Below are positions 55,858 to 64,000 of a stretch of DNA of 64,000 bases, in pieces. The notes beneath the pieces were generated by a model that saw only the letters and a list, made by a program, of their open reading frames with translations, searched no databases and was not told the DNA's origin. Source of the DNA: Lingula anatina (Eukaryota; Animalia; Brachiopoda); NCBI GenBank assembly GCA_051362555.1, contig CM120641.1, positions 36,958,401-37,022,400 of the forward strand, read 5' to 3'. Each line of letters begins with the position of its first letter. Positions within the stretch are counted from its first letter, which is position 1. Position numbers and translations under genes: made by a program.

Positions 55858-58800
55858 TCATATGGTTCTTTTAATTTTCATGGTAACAAGGGCTGTTTCT
55901 TCTAAGAAGGATCGTAGAGCTGCAATGCTTGTGGGCTGTCTGGTGACGATTTCATCCATTGGTGCACTATGTGTGCTCTTGACATCCATCTAAAAAGATA
56001 AATATTTAAATTATTGCAGTAAATATATGACCATTTTAAGACACGTGTGCAATGTTACTCTACCAGCCAAAGGTCACTAAGGGACATTCTTTGTCTTAAT
56101 TTGACTTTTCACCAAAATATATTCCTTTTTTTATTTTCATACTATCTACCTTTTACATTCTAAGAAATCTGAATAAAAACCTTGCAGTGGATATGATGAA
56201 CTGAGGCAATTAGTCACGAAACTGTTGTTTATATGGTTGTAGCTTTTTGAGCAATATAAAAAACACCAGTTTGTAGTTGTATCTGATTCTACCGCTCGAT
56301 TTTAAGAATCACGTAATTTTAGAGACATAATTTACATATATATTCACTAGATTACTGTGACTCAAAGGCAGAGGCAGTACTGATAACTTAAAATGCTACC
56401 AACTTCTTAGGAGGTTTTTAAGACTGTCACTTACTTGGACCATGTAGGTAACCATAGAATGTTCCTTTCCATTTTGCTTTGCCACAGGCTCAACTATCCA
56501 ACCACTAGCAAGAAACTAAAAATAATTCAACAAGGTATATTCTAGGAGTGAAGAATAAATCTGATATCTCAAAGTGAATGATTTGATTCATCCAGTTTTA
56601 ATATAATAAGATAATGAGAAAAGCAGATCTAATACGGGATCTTATGTTGAAGTGGAGAGCACAGCGTTTCAGCCCTATCACAAAACTTTGTTCAACTACC
56701 ACATCTGTTGGACCAGACCCTGGGAAACATCCTGCACAGACTGTCACCACGTGACACTGGTGACAACTCCATATCAGTTCACCTGAAGATAAGGTTGAAA
56801 CACTGTGATCTCCATTTCACTGTAAGATCCAGTATTAAATTGAATTTTCTCATTAGCTATAGCTCTGATACATCTGATATCTATCTTTTATTTATATTTT
56901 TTCTTGGATGACATGTAATCTTGCTCATAATAATAAACACACAGAATTTTAGGATAAATGAGCACATTTGTGGAAATTCACGTACATGTACAAGAAAATA
57001 CCAATAAATCATTTTGTAAAATCTTTATGCAATATATATATATCTTGCATCAAGGCCTTAACAACACCAACATTAGTGCAATAAGTCAATAAGTCCCATT
57101 TAAACAAAGCTCTCTATGTACGATATAAAGGCAATAATCATGCCACTAATATAAGTATATTATAAGTCACTTATGTTTCCAGTCAATCAACTGACCACAG
57201 GCAGCATTATATGGTGTTCTGTCTATTGGTACACAGAAATGGGGATTGTCCAAGTCTCGCAAGTTTTTGCATTCGAGTGAGATTTTGCAAGATTTACAGG
57301 GCAGTTTCATTTTAGATTATCTTGGAGGGGGATTTATACTGGAGTAAGCCATGTGCAATGAGATCTATGGTTAGTTTATGGTTATCAGATGAGTGAATGA
57401 GATTGGCCAAATTAGGTTGATCAAACCTGACTGAGAACATGACTCATTAAACATACCAAGTACTCCATAACCTTATTGGCTATGTTCAATGCAAATACAT
57501 GGTAAAAATACCCAGTCCGATAAAGCTGGAAAAAAAAAACTTACTGTCCCCCTGCAGTTTTCATCCTGAGGTTTGCAGTCAGGCCAATTGACGGACAACA
57601 TGGACAGAATGTACTTATCCTGCTCCTTTCTCTCACCATGAATCAGACAGAAATCACGATATTCTGTGCTGAACATCCAGCTAATTTCATGCTGCAGTCG
57701 TACTGTAAATGAAATAAAAATGTACAGACAAAAACTTCTTTTCAGTAGACAACTACTCCATTTTCAGATGTTTAGAATTCTCCAAAGAATAGGATACAGT
57801 GTATAACTATACATATGTGATATGTAGCTTTTCAAAGTCAAGTACCCTCTGAAGAGTTTATGCTAAATTATTCTGAGCTCTAATCAAACATTATCAAACA
57901 TACAAACCAGAGTTTGTTTGTTTTTTTTTTTAATGAACTATCTGAATGATAACTTACTGTAATAAGAATGTTTTTTCTATACAGATGTTGGACAAGTAGA
58001 CCCTTTTAAAGTTATCATTTAACTTTGATGAAACATGTATTACTGCATTCACTATTTAACCCATATTTAATGAAGCATTTTAAAAATATTTATAATTACA
58101 AGTGGTCATCCTGTATACACTTACTTATTTTCAAACCATCCTCAAAATCATGAATAATGTCTAGCTTCTGCAAGCAAGTAAGAAATTACAAAAAATAAAA
58201 ATGCACCCAGAATAAAGTTTCAGTATAGACATTTCCAGACACAGAAAAAAAGAATGAAAAATACTTTGAGAAAACACAGGATAACACTACAATGAATACA
58301 TCTGTTTCAACATGGCTAGATCAAACACTAAATGGTCTAATCAATATTACGATGCAAAAGTAGCATACAAGGACTTGAACATAGAAGGAACTTTACCATA
58401 AAAGGTCTAAGAACAAAACTGGGAATATAGTAAAACGGGAACCTATAGTAGTGACTACACATGCACTTACTGATGGATTTTAAGCTTTGTAAAATGGCTC
58501 CTCCTTACCTTGAGAAGCTCATCATATGTGAACCTTGTCCTGGGATTCTTCACTGCATCCCACACAATAGCTGCTGGAAGTTTAATCAATCCTTTACCCA
58601 GGTAGCTAGAATAGATGAAAAATTTTTAAAACATACGTTTGGAAGTAGGATAAAAAGAACTTGTACTTCATTTATCAATTTCTGTGGTGAACTTTTAGGC
58701 ATAACTTAATTATTAAAAAGGAAACACCATACCACTGCACAGAGCTCCTCATGCCAAGATTGACATCTTTTCTTAACACAACAACTTCTTTCTCAACACT

Positions 58801-59446
58801 TTGGAATCTGAAAATAGAAAAGTCTTTCATTTGTGACCTACTTCAGAAACAGGGGTTAAAAAGTTCCAAAATATCAACCTTAGTTTCCATGCTGCATGCC
58901 CTATATCAAAATCTTTGTCAGTAAGTGCTTTTTTTCTCACAATCTGTAATTATTATGCTTCATTATGTTAGTCAAAATAACATGTTTGGCAAGTGGCAAC
59001 AAAATTTATATAATGGTACAACAAGAAAAGCACTCGGAGAGTGCAGACCTCCGCCAAGGCAGCAATTTTTTATTATTACTGATTGATTACTGATCCAGAT
59101 CACCACCAAAAAATAATTATCTTTTCCTTGGCCCACTTTTGACAGTTCCTGAAAATTTCATCAAAATCGGTCCATAACTTTTTCAGTTATATTGATGACA
59201 AACAAACAAACAAACAAACAAACAAACAAACAAACAAACAGGGGTGAAAGCATAACCTCCTTGGCGGAGGTAACGATGTTTAAACCTGGCTTTAAATAAA
59301 CATATATACTTACATCCATCCTTTTGTTTTCTCTGCCTGAGCTAATTCAGGTTGTTTCACATCTATGTTTGATGCTTGCATAGCCTGGAGGTACAAAAAA
59401 GATGATTTAAAGCAAACTGTTTGATGTGTGATATTGAAGTGTGCTG

Positions 59447-59530
<84 letters not shown>

Positions 59531-62500
59531 CTAAGGATAAAGAAGTCATTTTATTTTTATGATAATGATACTGCAATGATAAAAACAAAGCTATATACAG
59601 AGTAATATGTTTCAGGAACTTTGCAGTCATGGTTTTAACATCTAACTTTTAAATCTATAGTGAACTGAAAATAATTACAAACACACAAAAATGCAAAAGT
59701 ATGGGATAACTTTTCATACTAACCACTTGAAATAGCTCAGCTGCTGTCTGGTTTGCAAGAACATGAGCTTTTTTAAGACCTGTTTCATCTAAAATTACAA
59801 GAGATATGGCTTGAAGTTAAATATCAATTCCAGATTGAACACAATCTCTTAACCAGACATGTCAAATTCACAGTTTTAGGGATTCCATTACTCTATCATC
59901 TTGTAAGCTCTCTCTCTCTTCTCTTTCTGACATTACAAATCAATGAAACATAACATAAATATTTTGGAAACCTTCACATATTGATGAAACTTTAAAAAAA
60001 ATTACCATTTGTCAATGAGGGTATGATGTATTCCCTTGAATCCAAATCAGAGGTTAAAACATTAGACATTTCCAATTCTCTCTTTCCCTCTTCACTGTTA
60101 TCATGGTGACTAGTATGGGGGCTATCATCCTCTGTTCCAATTTTAAAAATTTTTGTAGACTCTGATACTTTATCTACATCTTTATCAAACACTTCATCAA
60201 TACAGTCTTCAGTAGCTGCATGTTTTTGAGTAGAAATCGCAGACTTAGCAGATATTTCACTGGTTTGCCTATGTACAGCATCTGCCCCAGCAGTGTGGGG
60301 GCTGCCCTTAACGACCTCAGAATGTGACCTCATTTTAACCTTTCCTCGCCTTCTTTTCATGCTTCCGCTACTGCTACCAGATGCAGTTCGCTGTCTTTGG
60401 TATTGTGCATTATCACCATTTTCTGAAAGCACTGTTTCTAGGTTTGGGAGAGTGAAAACTTTGTTTGGAATCGGCTGAAGATGTTTCATCTGGAAGAAGT
60501 CCCGTAAGCAGCCTAATCTTTTGACCACCTTGGCTGTGGAAGGAGCAATTCCTAACCAATTTGAACTTGGGTGAAAGACAATGGTAAGAAGGGACTTGTC
60601 AAGACCTAGAGAATAAAAAAGAAACATTTTAAATTGGTCTTCAACTTATTAACTGTTCATATAATTCACAGCTTAAGGAGTATGTTTAGACTATATAATA
60701 AAGAAAAGTCATACATTACTGCACTTTGAAACAATTTCAAATTGATATTACATGAACTTTACAAAATACAAACCTTCCACTGGTTGAGCAAGATAAAATG
60801 TCCACTCTGAGCCCATCACTTCAGACTCTAAAAGCCAGCAGCACCCATTTTCTTCTTGGAAGTAAAGCCTATGTATAGATACATATTTTTATTTGGTGTA
60901 CACTGAAATATTTTCTAAAGCAATCACAAAACATTCATTTAGATTTCTAAAAAAGTCACTGATACAGATACCAGTTCTTAATTCAAAATTATTTTTAAAA
61001 ATATGTAATGGTGAAATTACCTTTGGTAAACTTGCATTGGTAAGGGAAGTCCAACATGGAAGAACTTTGTAAAAAAATTATTGAGCAGCCTGAGTACAAA
61101 TTTCAGGGCACTTTTCCTATCTACTTCTATCATATCACAAATGACTGGCAAGAAGCTATATTGCACATGGCGTGTGGTATCTGAGGAACTGTGAGAGCCA
61201 CTATCTGCAGAAACATGGCTGACACTTCTGACTGTAGGATCCCATTCACATAACTTATTCACGTTGGTGAGAATATCTAACAGGGACTGAAAAGGAGATC
61301 ACTGTGTTATAATATTTATATTTAATAAAATATTCATAAATCTTATGACTGGAGTGATTAAAATTGAAATAAATAGGAAGGAAAAAGATTGTAAACTAAT
61401 GGATTCAATGTTTCTGATTTTAAATCTGAATTATATTACCATGATATATTAAGAAAATCAAAAACAATCCACAAATATAAAACAAGAACTGATTGAAAAA
61501 CAAAACAAAAAACAGCAAAACAAATTCTGATTGATTGTTATGGAGAATTGGCCATAAAAATTTATAAACACAAGATTTTTTTAGATTGGAAAAAATCATG
61601 GCATATTCATACAGAATTTTGATGCATAATTTCCCATCCTCAAGTATAACCCCTTGTATCTCTTCAAAACAGTTTTGAATGGGTATTTTGGCCCAAATAC
61701 ATGTATGTTTCTGGCTGTCTTATGGCAAGAGTTCACTAAAATAGGCTATAGCTAATATAAGGTTTCAATATTTATAAATATGAATATTTCTTAATTCATT
61801 TGTGTTGCCTAAAAAATTGCCAGAAAAATCATCTGAAAATTCAAGTTTCACATGAAATATTTCAAAAGTTTTTACAATAGCCAATCATATATTCTAAGCC
61901 CTAAAAAGACTGAACTTAAAGACAAAAGTGTGAGGAAAAAATCCAATGGGTCAACCCTTTTTTTTCCATACCAAAACCAAACACATTTTACCTGCTCCTA
62001 ATAAAAGTGTCCAACTTAAAAAAAATACATGTAATGAATTAAAAACCAATCAATCAAAATTTGTCTTTCACAAGAATGCTTGCATATTTGCCTGAGTATT
62101 GGGTAGTTGACAAGAAGGCACCCACGGGTAGGAAAGTAAAGTGGACGTGTAGCTCTGCAAGCAAAAATAGAAAGCAGTCTGAATGCGATAGAAGCTTAAA
62201 ACCAAACATTTAACCACTGACTTCATTATAACTGTCATTTTATTGGCTCCCTACTTAAAGCAGTGCCTCTAATCTAAACTAGCAAATACAAACAGAAGTG
62301 TCTGAAGTAATTTTGAAGCACTTGCATAAAGCCCATCAAATTTAGTAACTATTCCATACAAAAGACAAATTTAATATAACCAGAAATCATAATATGGTTA
62401 TTACTCACAAATTTACAAATATCTTATTGAATTTGATGATCATTAAAAAGCTTTTATAATGTCTGGTCATTCACAAAAGAAATGGGCTGATTCTCACACA

Positions 62501-63825
62501 ATCCACTCATTTTTAATCAATCTTTTAGAAAATATGAAAAAAAAAAAATAATAAAATCATTTGTTGGGGAGGGGGGGACAAGAAAACAATTTCTTTGAAT
62601 TGAGTGAGAAATTCTAATGTAACTCATATCATCTGATTTTTTCAACAAGTATATTCTGTAAAAGCCCAGATTAAGAACTGTGTGTTAAAATTAAGATTTT
62701 GTTTTAATTCCAAAAGGTCATTCTACAGTAGTTTTTCTTTAGTAACATCTTTCATGCTTCAGAAAATATCTTCTTATGACTTTTTCTCTTGAGGGAGAAT
62801 TTTGAATTGTTTGGCAGAATATATTATGTATAACTGGGTGTTAATTTTCACTTTTCTTTCATGGCGGACATCATTACCAGTGTCTGATCAGATGTTAGCA
62901 ACAACTGAAGTTCTGACATGAACCTATTAAAGGATAATTGCTCTTGATTACATTAACCTAGACATAAAGTCTCTGTATGCATCTCATCATCTTAAATAGG
63001 TATTTTTCAAACTATAAGGGCCCTGCCAAAATAGCTTTAAGACAATCTTTTATTCAGCAGGGACATGAGAAGCACTACAAACCAGTTTTTAAATATTGTA
63101 ATTCACATGATTATATATGCTGACACCCAAAATTAACAAGTTTATAACATACTTGGTAATTTTCAAGTTTCATGGGTCTTAAATGTAATGAAAGGCTGCT
63201 TTCTTCTTTGCATAAAATGCCAGTGTTTTGGAACTTCAGTACTTTAGGTTATTGTCACCCAGAATATGGTCTTACCAAAGGATACATAAGAGAATAGAAC
63301 ATTAAATATTTTTTCATAACTTCTGCCAATTTTGTTAAGGACTGGAATTCAAGATAAGTTGCAAATGTTTATAAATGATAATACTTTTTTGACTGGGCAA
63401 AAATTGGACAATCAAGTAAGGAAGAGAAATAGTTATGGATAAACAATAATCTTGGTTGTCAATGGATGTAAGTTATATATTTCTGATTTAAAAATGATGC
63501 TCACCTCACCAGGCGTCTAAAATTCTTATTAAAAAAGCAGAAATCATTTCAAATTCAATTTTTGAAGAGGAGATGCATAAAGCGAAGCAATGAAATCCAT
63601 ACTTACATTTTTATACTCACAAATTACTGAACATATTTGGCCACAATCAATTATATAAATTGGAAAATTAAACTGCTGGTTGGATTTTACCTTTGGGTAC
63701 TTCTTAACCAAGCCACAGCAACCAAAGACATTTGTATGAAGTTCGGGAAAAGTTCTTCTCCATATTCTTGTTCCTAAGATGTAATCCCAAAGCGTCCATT
63801 TGTTTGATGGGCACAATGGAAAAAT
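55858..63825 (-). CDS. 3' portion of a protein with two tandem START (StAR-related lipid transfer) domains; 5' end lies beyond the window
   Basis: Phase-consistent exons 63825-63691, 61286-61021, 60868-60774, 60605-60006, 59788-59724, 59384-59314, 58807-58733, 58605-58509, 58167-58125, 57702-57545, 56515-56435 and 55989-55858 (TGA). The C-terminal START reads KGWIFQSVEKEVVVLRK..CYLGKGLIKLPAAIVWDAVKNPRTRFTYDELLK..YRDFCLI..SMLSV..CRGTFLASGWIVEP..VTYMVQMD..RQPTSIAALRSFL (StARD9-like in style). The upstream, divergent START reads KWTLW..RIWRR..CCGLVKKYPKSLLDILTNVNKLCEWDPTV..RLGCLRDFF. Confidence 0.85.
59020..59273 (-). mobile_element. Helentron-associated non-autonomous element (HINE/DINE-1-like)
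   Basis: Subterminal inverted repeats ACCTCCGCCAAGG (59047-59059) and CCTTGGCGGAGGT (59259-59271), terminal hairpin GCACTC-GGA-GAGTGC (59030-59044), an internal (AAAC)n microsatellite and A/T-rich ends. Confidence 0.8.
59450..59526. repeat. (TA)n microsatellite
   Basis: Seen directly in the sequence. Confidence 0.95.
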
Positions 63826-64000
63826 CTGAAAAAAATGAGAAAAACAGATTAATTTTCCATTTCAATTTAGAACTGTTGGTCATAACTAAAACTATGGCAC
63901 AAAGAATCAGAACTGAACTCCCAGCAATATTGCCAAGTTAAAGTCCAAAATTTCTAATATTATAATTCATACTGTCAAAATTTACTGACAATATGCTTTA

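Overview
AT-rich, intron-containing eukaryotic DNA from an invertebrate animal (a mollusc or other lophotrochozoan is my guess; the sequence alone does not establish it). Six protein-coding genes can be assembled by hand from GT-AG exons. (1) A complete diacylglycerol kinase epsilon (minus strand, 9 coding exons, 2590-16024). (2-4) A cluster of three CE4 polysaccharide/chitin-deacetylase-like genes (32508-51409) with different N-termini: secreted with two six-Cys modules and a Ser/Gly/Pro-rich stalk, type II membrane-anchored, and secreted with one six-Cys module. (5) A 104-aa three-exon gene I cannot assign to a family (52314-54164). (6) The 3' part of a gene with two tandem START lipid-transfer domains (55858 to beyond the window end). 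Non-coding highlights are a 2.4-kb nested tandem array (52-bp subrepeats in ~365-bp units, each unit shaped like an exon plus a 69-nt GT-AG intron), a minimal Penelope-type hammerhead ribozyme inside a long inverted repeat, several MITEs and Helentron-type elements, and microsatellites. I saw no rRNA, tRNA or CRISPR array. All gene models are manual and have no transcript support.
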